DNA of 64,000 bases from Alphaproteobacteria bacterium (GTDB taxonomy: Bacteria > Pseudomonadota > Alphaproteobacteria > UBA828): contig CAXXVO010000014.1 in NCBI GenBank assembly GCA_963422645.2, forward strand, positions 128,001-192,000. The letters run 5' to 3'. Below are positions 1 to 10,101 of the stretch, in pieces. Numbering within the stretch: the first letter of the stretch is position 1; each line of letters begins with the position of its first letter. The translations under genes were made by a program, and so were the position numbers. Below the pieces are notes generated by a model, which had not been told where the DNA came from, did no database searches, and worked only from the letters and a program-made list of their open reading frames with translations.

Positions 1-2
1 CG

Positions 3-302
3 GACTGGCCCTCCGGCACGCTGGTCAACGTCAACTTCCCGGATGCGCTGCCGGAATCTGTGAGCGGCGTCCGCATCACCACCCAGGGGCAGAGGCCGCC
101 CGGCTCCTTCACCATCGACGGGCGGATCGACACGCGCCACGTGCCCTACTACTGGGTGGAGATCAGCTACAAGAACGGCGGCAAACACCCCGGCACCGAT
201 CTCTTAGCAATCCACGAGAACGCGATATCGGTCACGCCGATCCAGCTCGACATGACCAATCATGGCTGGCGCGGCCACTTGACGGAGGCGTTCGGCTCGT
301 AA
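3..302 (+). CDS. surE: 5'/3'-nucleotidase SurE, C-terminal part (truncated by window start)
   Basis: Frame open from base 3: LVNVNFPD...GVRITTQG...PYYW...GTDLLAIHENAISVTPIQLDMT, the typical SurE C-terminus. Confidence 0.88.
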   Translation, partial: DWPSGTLVNVNFPDALPESVSGVRITTQGQRPPGSFTIDGRIDTRHVPYYWVEISYKNGGKHPGTDLLAIHENAISVTPIQLDMTNHGWRGHLTEAFGS

Positions 303-404
303 CCGGAGCGTCGTTTGACACCCCAAGGGGCGCTCACCATACTCCGCTGCGAATTTTGTGCGGTTTCGCATGATGCGCGTGGCGCTGAATAAGGGGAGAG
401 GGAG

Positions 405-1784
405 ATGACACTATCATTTGGTGTAATTCGGGCAGGGCTGCTTGGCGCAGCCCTGTGTGTGGGCCTCGTGGCCGGCCCGCAGCTGGCCAAGGCCGAGGAC
501 ACCTTCAAGTTCGGCGGCGTCTTCACGCTCTCGGGTCCGGCCTCCTTCCTTGGTCTCTTCGAGGAAGCGGCCGTGAGGCTCGCCGTCGAGCAGTTCATGA
601 AGGGCGATTGCATCGTCGAGGCCGTTCCGCCGCAGCCCTGCGAGGGCGGCGGGCTCAAGATCGGAGACAAGGTCGTCCCCATCGAGTGGACGGCCTACGA
701 CGACGTCTCCGAGGACAAGAAGTCGATCGACGCCGTCATCCGCCTGGTCGAGCAGGACGAAGCCCGGGCAATCTGGGGCCCGCGGATGAATTCGGCGTTG
801 CTCTCGGCTGCGTCGATCCTCGATCCGCAGGGAATCATCAGCATCTGCGCGATCTGCTCGAGCCCGGCGATGACCGTGGGCCGCGAGTACGGCCACGACA
901 TCACCGACACCGGCGTGATCGAGAAGCACGGCATGGGCGAGCTCATCCACGAATCGTCCGAGAGGCTGGCGGAGCACGGCATCGATCCCGCGCTCTTCGA
1001 TGGGCGCAAGAAGCTCGGCTTCATCGGCCGGAACGAGCTTTACACCGTGCATGGCTCCATCGGCTGGCAGGAAGCGGTGGAGAAGGGCGGCGGCAGGTAC
1101 GAGTACCAGCACGACTGGGCGGTGCTCTATCCCTTCGGCACCACCGACTTCGCGCCCCACGTCGCCAGGCTCGCCGAGCAGGATCCCGACATCGTCCTGA
1201 TGGATGCCTACATCTTCCCCGACATGCTGGCGATCATGAGTGAGATGAAGAAGCAGGGGCTCGACTATGAGACCGGCGAGATCATTCTGCTCGGCAACGA
1301 CGTGCTGATGCTGCAGGTCTTCGTCGACGTGGCCAAGGATCAAGGCATCAACATGTCGTCGGGCTACGTCTGGGGTTGGCAAGAGCATAACCCGGCGCAG
1401 GACGAAGCCACGCTGGCGCGGGTCGAGAAATACGTGCCCATCTACAACGCGAAGTACGGCGACACCGAGGTCGGGAGCTCGAGCCCCTTCGATCGCGGCG
1501 CCTACGACGCCGCCATCTGGTTCCTCTACGGCGTGCAGGCCTCGGGCGATCACACCGACAACGACAAGATCGTGGAAGCCTGGCGCAGCCTGAAGATCAA
1601 CGGCCTGCGCGGGCCGACGAACGAGTTCTTCACCCGGCCCGATACCGGCGAGAAGACCGGCCAGCTGTTCGCGACCGAGTACATCATCGGCGTCGCGGAC
1701 GACAAGGTCTTCTACACCGGCATCAGCTATCGCGACGAGCTCTTCTACGGGCCCTACGTCTACGGCGACAAGCTGCCGAAGTAG
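405..1784 (+). CDS. ABC transporter substrate-binding protein, branched-chain amino acid (LivJ/K-like) family
   Basis: Signal peptide; FKFGGVFTLSGPAS and PFGTTDFAP motifs; GGAG RBS; lies upstream of LivHMGF-like genes. Confidence 0.85.
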   Translation: MTLSFGVIRAGLLGAALCVGLVAGPQLAKAEDTFKFGGVFTLSGPASFLGLFEEAAVRLAVEQFMKGDCIVEAVPPQPCEGGGLKIGDKVVPIEWTAYDDVSEDKKSIDAVIRLVEQDEARAIWGPRMNSALLSAASILDPQGIISICAICSSPAMTVGREYGHDITDTGVIEKHGMGELIHESSERLAEHGIDPALFDGRKKLGFIGRNELYTVHGSIGWQEAVEKGGGRYEYQHDWAVLYPFGTTDFAPHVARLAEQDPDIVLMDAYIFPDMLAIMSEMKKQGLDYETGEIILLGNDVLMLQVFVDVAKDQGINMSSGYVWGWQEHNPAQDEATLARVEKYVPIYNAKYGDTEVGSSSPFDRGAYDAAIWFLYGVQASGDHTDNDKIVEAWRSLKINGLRGPTNEFFTRPDTGEKTGQLFATEYIIGVADDKVFYTGISYRDELFYGPYVYGDKLPK

Positions 1785-1835
1785 CCCTGCGGCGGGGGCG
1801 GTCTAGGCCGGGTTCCGCAGGTTGAGAAGACGCTG

Positions 1836-1876
1836 GGGCGGCGCCTGCCCGCGAGGGCGCGCGCCGCCTCTCTTTT
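1836..1876 (+). terminator. GC-rich hairpin with U-rich tail between binding-protein gene and permeases
   Basis: GGCGGCGC...GCGCCGCC stem with inner GCCC-GCGA-GGGC, followed by TCTCTTTT. Confidence 0.5.
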
Positions 1877-2018
1877 GCCCTCAATCGCCGGGCGCTCGCT
1901 CCGCGAGCTTGGCTCCGCGCCATGCGGCGCGCCGGCGCGGTCGCGCCGGCCAGACCGCTTCGCGGCCCGGTTTTTCTGACGTCCATACTTTGTCGCCTGC
2001 CGGCAAGGTCGGGATTCC

Positions 2019-2894
2019 GTGACCGCGTTCGCTCAGCAGCTCATCTACGGCGCCTCCTACGGCATGAACCTTGCCGTGGCGGCGGCGGGGTTGGCCCTCA
2101 TCTTCGGCGTCTACCGGGTCATCAATCTCGCCCACGGGCAGCTCATCATGCTCGGCGGCTTCGTGGCCTACGTGGTCGCGACGCAGCTCGGCACGCATTT
2201 CTTCGTCGGCTTCTTCGCCGCCATGATCGTCATGGGGCTGCTCAGCATCGTGCTGGAGAACGCTGTCTTCCGCTTCCTCCAGCGCCGTCCGCTCACCGAC
2301 CAGCTGCTGGCGTCGCTCGGCATCTACATGGTGCTGGGCACCACGGCGCTGCGTATCTGGGGGGACTTCGAAGCCCGGCCGATCAACATGCCGGGCGAGG
2401 ACTGGGCGCTGACAGCCGGTGAAATCCGTATCGACGGTGCGCGACTGGTCACCATCGCCATTACTCTCGTCCTGTTCGCATTGCTCTATTTCGTCGTCTA
2501 CCGCACCCATCTCGGGCGGACCATGCGCGCCACCGCCCAGGGGGAGGAAACCGCCGCCCTGATGGGCATCAAGAAGCGCCGGGTGGCGGCCATCGTGTTC
2601 TTCCTCGGCGGCGCGCTCGGCGGCGCTGCCGGCGCCATGCTCGGCGCGCTCTTCAACGTGCGGCCGGACATGGGCTTCCAGCCGCTGCTGATGGCGCTCG
2701 TCATCATCATCTTCGGGGGCATGGGCAGCATCGCGGGCTCCATCGTCGCCGGCCTCATCCTCGGCATTCTCTACAACCTCACGGTGTTCTACGTCGGCTC
2801 CAAGCTCGGCGATCTGGTGCCCTTCCTGGTGCTTCTGGCGATTCTGATGATCCGCCCTCAGGGGCTCTTCGGCCTGCCGGATCGGAACGCATGA
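2019..2894 (+). CDS. livH: Branched-chain amino acid ABC permease
   Basis: GLALIFGVYRVINLAHG, GRTMRATAQ and GGMGSIAG motifs; hydrophobic. Confidence 0.9.
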   Translation: MTAFAQQLIYGASYGMNLAVAAAGLALIFGVYRVINLAHGQLIMLGGFVAYVVATQLGTHFFVGFFAAMIVMGLLSIVLENAVFRFLQRRPLTDQLLASLGIYMVLGTTALRIWGDFEARPINMPGEDWALTAGEIRIDGARLVTIAITLVLFALLYFVVYRTHLGRTMRATAQGEETAALMGIKKRRVAAIVFFLGGALGGAAGAMLGALFNVRPDMGFQPLLMALVIIIFGGMGSIAGSIVAGLILGILYNLTVFYVGSKLGDLVPFLVLLAILMIRPQGLFGLPDRNA

Positions 2895-3928
2895 CGATGC
2901 TCCAGGGTCGCCAGCTATCGCTTCGGGACCGCCGCACGCGGGCCGTGATCGGCTGGCTCGTCCTGCTCGCCTTCCTCGGCATCCTGTGGGCGACGGTCGA
3001 CAACAACTATCACCTGCGCCTGCTGGTGGGCGCGGGCACGGCGATGATCGCGGTCATCCCCTTCGGGCTGCTCATGGGCCACATGGGCTACCTCGCCATG
3101 GGGCAGGGCGGCTTTGTCGGCGTCGGCGCCTACGTGGTGGGCGTGCTCACGGTGCAGCAGTTCGAGTTCGACTTCTGGGCCGCGCTGCCCTGCGCCATCA
3201 TCATTACCGGCGCGCTCGCCTATCTGCTGAGCTATCCGCTGTTCCGGCTGCGCGGCTACCACTTCGCCATCGGCACGCTCGCCGTGGGCCAGCTGCTCTA
3301 CATCATGTTCGACAGCTGGGAGTGGTTCACCGGCGGCCCGCACGGCACCGCCGGCATCGCGCGGCCGGCGCTCGGCGACTACGCCTTCGTCACCAATGCG
3401 CGCTTCCTCATCGTGGTGCTCGTCTTCCTCGTGATCGCGGCGTTCTCTTCATGGTGGCTCGCGCGCGGGCATGTGGGCCGCGCCTTGAGCGCGATCCGCC
3501 AGGACGAGGATCTCGCCGCCGCGCGCGGCCTCGATGTCTTCCGTTACAAGCAGCTTGTCTTCGTCTTTGCCGCCGGCTTCGCGGGCCTCTCCGGGGCACT
3601 CTATGCCTCCATGCAGATCGCCATCGACCCGAGCTCGTTCACCATCTGGAGCTCCTTCCAGTACGTGATCTACGTCATTATCGGCGGCTCGGGCACGCTC
3701 TTAGGGCCCGCCATCGGCGTCGTCTTCCTGGTGGTTCTCGATCAGTTCATCCAGGACTTCGGCAAGTGGAACCAGATCGTGCTCGGCGGCCTGATCGTGG
3801 TCACGGTCCTGTTCTTCCGCGGGGGTCTCTGGGGCGGCGCTAATCTGCTTTGTCGCTTCGCCCTCGAAGCCGTCGGCATCAGGCAGAGAGTGGCCGAGGC
3901 GCTCGGCGCCGCACCGAGGGGGCGGTAG
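2891..3928 (+). CDS. livM: Branched-chain amino acid ABC permease
   Basis: RLRGYHFAIGTLA, GRALSAIRQDE and IIGGSGT motifs; ATGA overlap with the upstream gene. Confidence 0.9.
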   Translation: MTMLQGRQLSLRDRRTRAVIGWLVLLAFLGILWATVDNNYHLRLLVGAGTAMIAVIPFGLLMGHMGYLAMGQGGFVGVGAYVVGVLTVQQFEFDFWAALPCAIIITGALAYLLSYPLFRLRGYHFAIGTLAVGQLLYIMFDSWEWFTGGPHGTAGIARPALGDYAFVTNARFLIVVLVFLVIAAFSSWWLARGHVGRALSAIRQDEDLAAARGLDVFRYKQLVFVFAAGFAGLSGALYASMQIAIDPSSFTIWSSFQYVIYVIIGGSGTLLGPAIGVVFLVVLDQFIQDFGKWNQIVLGGLIVVTVLFFRGGLWGGANLLCRFALEAVGIRQRVAEALGAAPRGR

Positions 3929-3934
3929 CGGCCA

Positions 3935-4684
3935 ATGGACGCGATCCTCGCGATCCGCAACCTGAGCAAGCGCTTCGGCGGCGTCGAAGCCGTGCGCGAA
4001 GTGAGCTTCGACGTGCCACGCGGCGCGCTGGTCGGCTTGATCGGGCCCAACGGCGCCGGCAAGACGACCCTCGTCAACCTCGTCACCAAGCACGCGACGC
4101 CCGATGCTGGCACGGTGACGCTGGACACGAAACCGATCCACCGCCTGCCGTCCTACAAGGTCGCGCGCAGTGGCCTCAGCCGCACCTACCAGAAGAACCG
4201 CCTCTTCACCGAGGAGTCGGTGGAGGAGAACATCAGGACGGCGATGATCTGGGGCGGCCGGCACGGGGGCCGTGACCTCAGCTATCCCGGCTGCGCCGGC
4301 GACGAGGATGCCCGATGCGACGCGCTGCTCGAATTCTTCGAGCTGGAGGCGGTCCGGGGCGACCTGCCGACCGATCTCAGCCACCTGATGCGCCGGCGCG
4401 CGGAGATCGCACAGGCGCTGGCGCTCGGCCCCAAGGTCCTGCTGCTCGACGAGCCCTTCGCCGGCTTCAGCCGCGAGGAGTCCTTCGACCTGATCGAACA
4501 TCTGCGCGAATGCCAGCGCGGCGGCCTCACCATGCTCCTGATCGACCACAACATGGAAGTGGTCATGGACGTCTGCGAGTACCTGTTCGTCATGCATCAC
4601 GGCGCGCTGCTGGTCTCGGGCACGCCAGAGGAGATCCGCGCCAACGAGCAGGTGGTCAGCATCTATCTCGGCGGCGAGCACTGA
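3935..4684 (+). CDS. livG: Branched-chain amino acid ABC ATPase
   Basis: Walker A GPNGAGKTT, Walker B LLLDEP, C-terminal YLG. Confidence 0.9.
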   Translation: MDAILAIRNLSKRFGGVEAVREVSFDVPRGALVGLIGPNGAGKTTLVNLVTKHATPDAGTVTLDTKPIHRLPSYKVARSGLSRTYQKNRLFTEESVEENIRTAMIWGGRHGGRDLSYPGCAGDEDARCDALLEFFELEAVRGDLPTDLSHLMRRRAEIAQALALGPKVLLLDEPFAGFSREESFDLIEHLRECQRGGLTMLLIDHNMEVVMDVCEYLFVMHHGALLVSGTPEEIRANEQVVSIYLGGEH

Positions 4685-4685
4685 G

Positions 4686-5393
4686 ATGCTGGAGATCGAG
4701 GACCTGACGCTCGCCTACGGCGTGAACCGCGTGGTGCGGGGCGTGAGCCTTTCGGTCGAGCAGGGCGAGGTCTGCGCGCTGCTCGGCCCCAACGGCGCGG
4801 GCAAGACCTCGATCCTGCGCGCGATCAGCGGCCTCATGCAGCCGGTCGACGGACAAATCAATTTCGAGGGAAAGTCGCTGCTCAGGCGCGCGCCGGACAG
4901 GATCGTGCTGGACGGAATCGCCCACGTGCCCGAGGGGCGGCGCATCTTCCCGGAGATGAGCGTGCTCGACAATCTGCTGGTGGGCGCCACGGTGCACATC
5001 CGTGCGCGCCAGAAGACGCGCGAGCTGATCGAGCGGAACTACGCGATGTTCCCGATCCTGAAGGAGCGCGCCCGGCAGGCGGGCGGCACGCTCTCCGGCG
5101 GCGAGCAGCAGCAGCTCACCATCGCGCGCGGCCTGATGGCGCAGCCCCGGCTGCTCATGGTGGATGAGCCGACGCTGGGGCTCGCGCCCGCCATCATCAA
5201 CACGCTCGTCGACACCTTCCGCGCGCTCAAGTCGCTGGGCCTTACCATCATCGTTGCCGAGCAAAACGCCGAGTTCGCATTTCGGGTCGCCGACAACGGG
5301 ACCGTCATCTCCGGCGGCGAGGTGAGCTTCCGCGGCACCGTGGACGCGCTCAAGGATTCGGACCGTCTCAAACGCGCCTATCTGGGCGCCTGA
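4686..5393 (+). CDS. livF: Branched-chain amino acid ABC ATPase
   Basis: GPNGAGKT, VPEGRRIF, LSGGEQQ, DEPTLGLAP. Confidence 0.9.
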   Translation: MLEIEDLTLAYGVNRVVRGVSLSVEQGEVCALLGPNGAGKTSILRAISGLMQPVDGQINFEGKSLLRRAPDRIVLDGIAHVPEGRRIFPEMSVLDNLLVGATVHIRARQKTRELIERNYAMFPILKERARQAGGTLSGGEQQQLTIARGLMAQPRLLMVDEPTLGLAPAIINTLVDTFRALKSLGLTIIVAEQNAEFAFRVADNGTVISGGEVSFRGTVDALKDSDRLKRAYLGA

Positions 5394-5428
5394 GCGACGC
5401 TCGCCGCCCGAAACAGGAGGATCGCGCC

Positions 5429-6202
5429 ATGGGCTTCGTGAAAACGCCCGAGGAGGTGCAGCGCATCGAGGCGGTGCTGAAGCGGCCGCGCTTCGTCGGC
5501 GCCGAGATGCTCATGATCGAATTCCTCACGCGGCCGGAGATCGTGGCCGAGGTGCTGCCGCCCGGGCTGGAGCCCGTGACGGAGCCGCTGGTAACGGCGA
5601 TGGTGGGCCGCTGGCGCTCCAACTGCGTGGCCGACTTCGCCGGCGGCGCGATCTACGTCATGGCCCGGCACGGGGACATCGAGGCGCCCTACGTGCTCTC
5701 GATGTTCATGGATCAGGACCACGCGATCATCTTCGGGCGCGACCTCTTCGGCGAGCCCAAGAAGCAGGCCACGACGCGCCTGCAGCGGGGCGGCGATGCC
5801 ATGCACGGCTACGTCGAGCGGCTCGGCACACGCGTGATCGAGATCGAGGCGACGCTGCCGGACGAGCGCGAGCCCAGCCGCGAGAAGGGCGCCAACTTCA
5901 ACATCAAGGCGCTGCCGTCGTGCACCGGCACAGGCCTCGAGGACGACCCCGTCCTCACGCTGGCCGAGTTCGACAACCACCTGACCGTGCGGCGGGAGGG
6001 AACGGGCACGCTCGCACTCCGCTCGACCGTGCACGATCCGCTGGCCGACATCGAGGTCTGCGAGGTGCGCGGCGCCTCCTACATCGAGGGCGACCTGCAC
6101 TCGACCTGCCGACCGCTGGCCCGGCTGCCGGCCGATGAGTTTGTGCCCTACCTCTACGGCCGGCTCGACGACTGGTCAGCGCTCGACACGGAAAACGGCT
6201 AG
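5429..6202 (+). CDS. Acetoacetate decarboxylase family protein
   Basis: LPPGLEP and GRDLFGEPKK (Schiff-base Lys motif); AGGAGG RBS. Confidence 0.85.
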   Translation: MGFVKTPEEVQRIEAVLKRPRFVGAEMLMIEFLTRPEIVAEVLPPGLEPVTEPLVTAMVGRWRSNCVADFAGGAIYVMARHGDIEAPYVLSMFMDQDHAIIFGRDLFGEPKKQATTRLQRGGDAMHGYVERLGTRVIEIEATLPDEREPSREKGANFNIKALPSCTGTGLEDDPVLTLAEFDNHLTVRREGTGTLALRSTVHDPLADIEVCEVRGASYIEGDLHSTCRPLARLPADEFVPYLYGRLDDWSALDTENG

Positions 6203-6221
6203 GCGCTCAGGGAGACGCACG

Positions 6222-7010
6222 ATGGATATCGACACCTTCAAGCGCCATTTCAGCATGCCGCTCGGCGGCCCGATGTATGAGGCCCCGCCCTATCCCTTCC
6301 GCAACGTGCAGGACCTCATGATCCGTTACGAGGCCGACAGCGCCGCAGTAAGCGAGCTCTTGCCGCCCCATGTCGAGCCCGCCGACGATCCCGCGATCTG
6401 CACCGCCTGGGCTCGCTGGATACCCTTCTCGGCCTTCGGCCCCTACCACGAGGCCTTCGTCATGGTCGACGTGATGCTGCACGGCACGCGCTACATGTAT
6501 CAGCCGACGATCCTGGTGGATAACGACATTCCCCTCGGCGCGGGCCGCGAGATCTGGGGCTACGCCAAGAAGATCGCCGTGATCGAGCACAACTGGGGCG
6601 GCGATGTCATGCCCTATATGGAGCAGCTCCTGCTCACGGTGGAGCGGCCGCGCGGGCAGCGCCTGTTGACCGCCTCGATGGTGTGCGACCGCAAGGCCTC
6701 GCCCGACGAGCTGGCCGAATCGCCGGTGCTCTCCTACCGCCATATCCCGAGCGCGGAAACTGCCGAGCGGCCGAGCGTCTCGGAGCTGGTGCGCCTGGAC
6801 GTCACCGGCGCGCTGCGCAAGAGCGCCGACGGCAGCCCCGAGCTCTACGCCGGCCGTGCTGCGCTCACGCTCGCGAGCACCGCCGCCGACTCATGGCATC
6901 AACTGGCGCCCCTGCGCATCCTCGGGGGCTTCTTCGCCGTCGTCGACTTCGACCTCGACTTTGGCCGCGTAGTGCACGACTACCTCAAGGACCCGGCGGT
7001 CTGGGGCTGA
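6222..7010 (+). CDS. Acetoacetate decarboxylase family protein (second, divergent)
   Basis: PPYPF, FGPYHEA and GREIWGYAKK motifs; ATG 6222 after GGGAG. Confidence 0.85.
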   Translation: MDIDTFKRHFSMPLGGPMYEAPPYPFRNVQDLMIRYEADSAAVSELLPPHVEPADDPAICTAWARWIPFSAFGPYHEAFVMVDVMLHGTRYMYQPTILVDNDIPLGAGREIWGYAKKIAVIEHNWGGDVMPYMEQLLLTVERPRGQRLLTASMVCDRKASPDELAESPVLSYRHIPSAETAERPSVSELVRLDVTGALRKSADGSPELYAGRAALTLASTAADSWHQLAPLRILGGFFAVVDFDLDFGRVVHDYLKDPAVWG

Positions 7011-7561
7011 GGATCGGCGGCCGGCTCGATCGGGCAGCGCGTCTCTTCGAGCTGGAGCATCGCGAGCATGCGGCCGAAACCGATGTACTGGCCGATCATC
7101 ATGAGCAATTCCAGTGTCTCAGCCTGGGAGAAGTGCTGCCGCAACACACGCATCGCCGCATCGTCGAAGGCGTGATGATCGAGCGTCATCTGCTCGGCAA
7201 TTCGGAGCGCCGCTCGTTCCCGGGGCGAGAATGCCGCCTCGGCCGGCTCATCGACCCCGATCGCGGCCTCGCGCTCGCTCACGTCGCTCGGCGCGAGCCG
7301 CGCCGCCTTGCAGGTCTTGCAGCCGTTGAGGGTCGCGATGCGCAGTCTCACCAGCTCCTTGATGCGGCTCTCCAGCAGGCTTCCCGGCTCGCTCGCGTGG
7401 AAGGGATAGTAGAAGGCGAGATATCGCTCGAGGATGTCCGGATGCGCCGCGAAGGCGCGCGCGCAATGGCGGGTGGACCAGTCGTTCTCCGCCGCACCGT
7501 CGTGCATGGTCTTGAGGAAGGGCGGCAAGTCTTGCGGATCGGCGAGCGGCAGTCTGGACAT
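6980..7561 (-). CDS. Carboxymuconolactone decarboxylase / AhpD-like protein
   Basis: MSRLPL start; IKELVRLRIATLNGCKTC (CxxC), FSPRERAAL and LRQHFS motifs. Confidence 0.8.
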   Translation of the reverse strand: MSRLPLADPQDLPPFLKTMHDGAAENDWSTRHCARAFAAHPDILERYLAFYYPFHASEPGSLLESRIKELVRLRIATLNGCKTCKAARLAPSDVSEREAAIGVDEPAEAAFSPRERAALRIAEQMTLDHHAFDDAAMRVLRQHFSQAETLELLMMIGQYIGFGRMLAMLQLEETRCPIEPAADPQPQTAGSLR

Positions 7562-7635
7562 TCGCAACGCTCCTTCGACGAGGCAGGGGCGACGTGTGAC
7601 ACTATCGCACGGAATCACGAGGGAGATTTGAGAGC

Positions 7636-8448
7636 ATGTCCGACGTAGCGGGGAAGGTTGCACTCATCACCGGCGGCGGCACCGGGATCGGCAAGGGCAT
7701 CGCGCTGCTCTTCGGGCGGGAGGGTATGAAGCTCGCCCTCAACGGGCTGGAGCATGCGCCGACCGACGACAATCAGTACGAAACGAAGCACATCGGCGGT
7801 TACTCCGCGGCGCAGGCTGTGGCGGACGAGATCGGCGGCGACGCCATCGCCATCGATGCGGACGTGGCCGACGCCGCAGCCGTCGAGGCCATGTTCGCGC
7901 AGACGGTGGAGCACTTCGGCCGGGTCGATGTCGTGGTCAACGCGGCCGGCGTGATCACCGCCCGCCCGATCGCCGAGATGAGCGAGGCGGAGTGGGACAA
8001 CATCATGGACGTGAACGCCAAGGGCACGTTCCTGGTGAACAAGGCGGCGGTCATCCGGATGCGCGCGCAAGGGGACGGCGGCCGGATCATCAACATCTCA
8101 TCGGTTGCGGGAAAATTCGGCACGGCGACTCTCGCGCACTACTGCGCGTCCAAGTTCGCTGTGATCGGTTTCTCGAACGCGCTCGCCAAGGAAGTCGCGC
8201 GCGAAGGCATTACAGTGAACTGCATCTGCCCCGGCATCGTGGGCACGCAGATGTGGACGCTGCTCAACGACTCCTTCGCGGAGCCGGGGGAGACGCCGGA
8301 GCAAGTCTATGCCCGCGCCATCGAGCACTTCATTCCCCAGGGCATTCCGCAGACCGAGGAAGACATGGCGGAGCTCGCGCTCTATCTCGTGCGCGCCCCC
8401 CATGTCACCGGCCAGGCCATCAATCTCGACGGCGGCGCCGCGCTGTAA
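7636..8448 (+). CDS. SDR family oxidoreductase
   Basis: TGGGTGIG, NAAG, YCASK catalytic motif. Confidence 0.92.
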   Translation: MSDVAGKVALITGGGTGIGKGIALLFGREGMKLALNGLEHAPTDDNQYETKHIGGYSAAQAVADEIGGDAIAIDADVADAAAVEAMFAQTVEHFGRVDVVVNAAGVITARPIAEMSEAEWDNIMDVNAKGTFLVNKAAVIRMRAQGDGGRIINISSVAGKFGTATLAHYCASKFAVIGFSNALAKEVAREGITVNCICPGIVGTQMWTLLNDSFAEPGETPEQVYARAIEHFIPQGIPQTEEDMAELALYLVRAPHVTGQAINLDGGAAL

Positions 8449-8475
8449 AGCCGGAGCCGGGCCGCCCCACCCGAG

Positions 8476-10086
8476 TCACGACGTGCGGATCAGGTCGGCG
8501 GCCTTCTCCGCGATCATGATGACAGGCGAGGCGGTGTTGCCCGAGGTGATCCGGGGCATGATCGAGGCGTCCACGACGCGAAGACCCTTCAGCCCGTGCA
8601 CGCGCAAGTCCGAGTCCACGACCGCGTGCGGGTCTTGCCCCATCTTGCACGTCCCGACCGGGTGGAAGATCGTGGTCGCGATGTTGCCGACCTCTTTCAC
8701 GAGGTCGTCGTCGGACTGGACCTCGGGTCCGGGGAGCAGCTCCTTCGGCGCGTAACGCTTCAACGCCTTGGCCGTCATGATCCGGCGGACCTGGTGGATG
8801 GACTTGACCGCGATGTTGCGGTCGTGCGCGGTCGAGAGGTAGTTCGGCTTGATCTCCGGCTGTGTGGCTAGATCCGTGGTGGTCACGTGACAGGTCCCGC
8901 GGCTCTCCGGGCGCAGGTTGCACACCGACATCGTGATGGCGGGGTAGGGGTGGAGCGGGTCGCCCAGCCGGTCGGTGGAGAGCGGCTGGACGTGATACTC
9001 CAGGTCGGGCGTCGCGAGCGCGGGATCGGACTTCGTGAACATGCCGAACTGGCTCGGCGCCATCGACATCGGGCCGCTCCGGCGCAACGCGTACTCGAGG
9101 ACGATGCCCGCCTTCCCCCAGAGACTGTTCGCGAGCGTATTCAGAGTCTGCGCGTCCTGCACCCCGTAGACCGTGCGGATCTGCAGGTGATCCATCAGGT
9201 TCTCGCCCACGCCAGGGTTCTCGTGCGCGACCTCGATACCGAGCCCGGCGAGCCGCTCGGGCTGACCGATGCCGGACAGCTCCAGAATCTTGGGCGAGTT
9301 GATGGACCCTGCGGCCAGCAGCACCTCGGCATCGGCGTGCGCCTCACGCCGGGCCCCCTTGTGGCGATAGACAAGGCCGTGCACCGCGCGGCCTTCGAGG
9401 ATCAGACGCTCGGTCTCTGCCTGGAGGACGACGCGCAGGTTGGGCCGCTTCATCGCCGGCTTGAGGAAACCCCTGGCCGTGGTCCAGCGCACGCCCTTGC
9501 GCTGGTTCACCTCGAAGAAGCCCGAGCCCTCGTTGTCACCGTCGTTGAAGTCGGCGCGGGGCTCGATGCCGAACTCTTTCGCGCCCTCCTGCACCGCTTC
9601 CAGGATGTCCCAACTCAGCCGCTGCGTCGTGACCTTCCAGCCGCCGCCGGTGCCGTGCATCGGGCTTGCGCCGGCGTAGTGGTCCTCGGACTTGAGGAAG
9701 TAGGGCAGGACATCGTCCCAGCCCCAGCCGAGGTTGCCCAGCTGGCGCCAGAGATCGTAGTCCGCCGCCTGCCCGCGCATGTAGATCATGCCGTTGACCG
9801 CGGTGCAGCCGCCCAGCACCTTGCCGCGGGGGTAGACCAGGCTGCGCCCGTTGAGACCGGGCTCGGGCGCCGTCTTCATCATCCAGTCGGTGCGCGGGTT
9901 GCCGATGCAGTAGAGGTAGCCCACCGGAATATGGACCCAGTGGTAGGCGTCGCTGCGCCCGGCCTCGAGCAGCAGCACACGTGTGCGAGGGTCTTCGGTC
10001 AAGCGGTTGGCGAGCACGCACCCGGCCGTGCCGGCGCCCACGATGATGTAGTCGTAGCGGCCGTCGAGCGGTACGGGGGCTGCCAC
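8476..10086 (-). CDS. GMC family oxidoreductase (choline dehydrogenase-like)
   Basis: [40 protein letters not shown]. Confidence 0.92.
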   Translation of the reverse strand: MAAPVPLDGRYDYIIVGAGTAGCVLANRLTEDPRTRVLLLEAGRSDAYHWVHIPVGYLYCIGNPRTDWMMKTAPEPGLNGRSLVYPRGKVLGGCTAVNGMIYMRGQAADYDLWRQLGNLGWGWDDVLPYFLKSEDHYAGASPMHGTGGGWKVTTQRLSWDILEAVQEGAKEFGIEPRADFNDGDNEGSGFFEVNQRKGVRWTTARGFLKPAMKRPNLRVVLQAETERLILEGRAVHGLVYRHKGARREAHADAEVLLAAGSINSPKILELSGIGQPERLAGLGIEVAHENPGVGENLMDHLQIRTVYGVQDAQTLNTLANSLWGKAGIVLEYALRRSGPMSMAPSQFGMFTKSDPALATPDLEYHVQPLSTDRLGDPLHPYPAITMSVCNLRPESRGTCHVTTTDLATQPEIKPNYLSTAHDRNIAVKSIHQVRRIMTAKALKRYAPKELLPGPEVQSDDDLVKEVGNIATTIFHPVGTCKMGQDPHAVVDSDLRVHGLKGLRVVDASIMPRITSGNTASPVIMIAEKAADLIRTS

Positions 10087-10101
10087 GCGAGATCCTACGC
10101 G

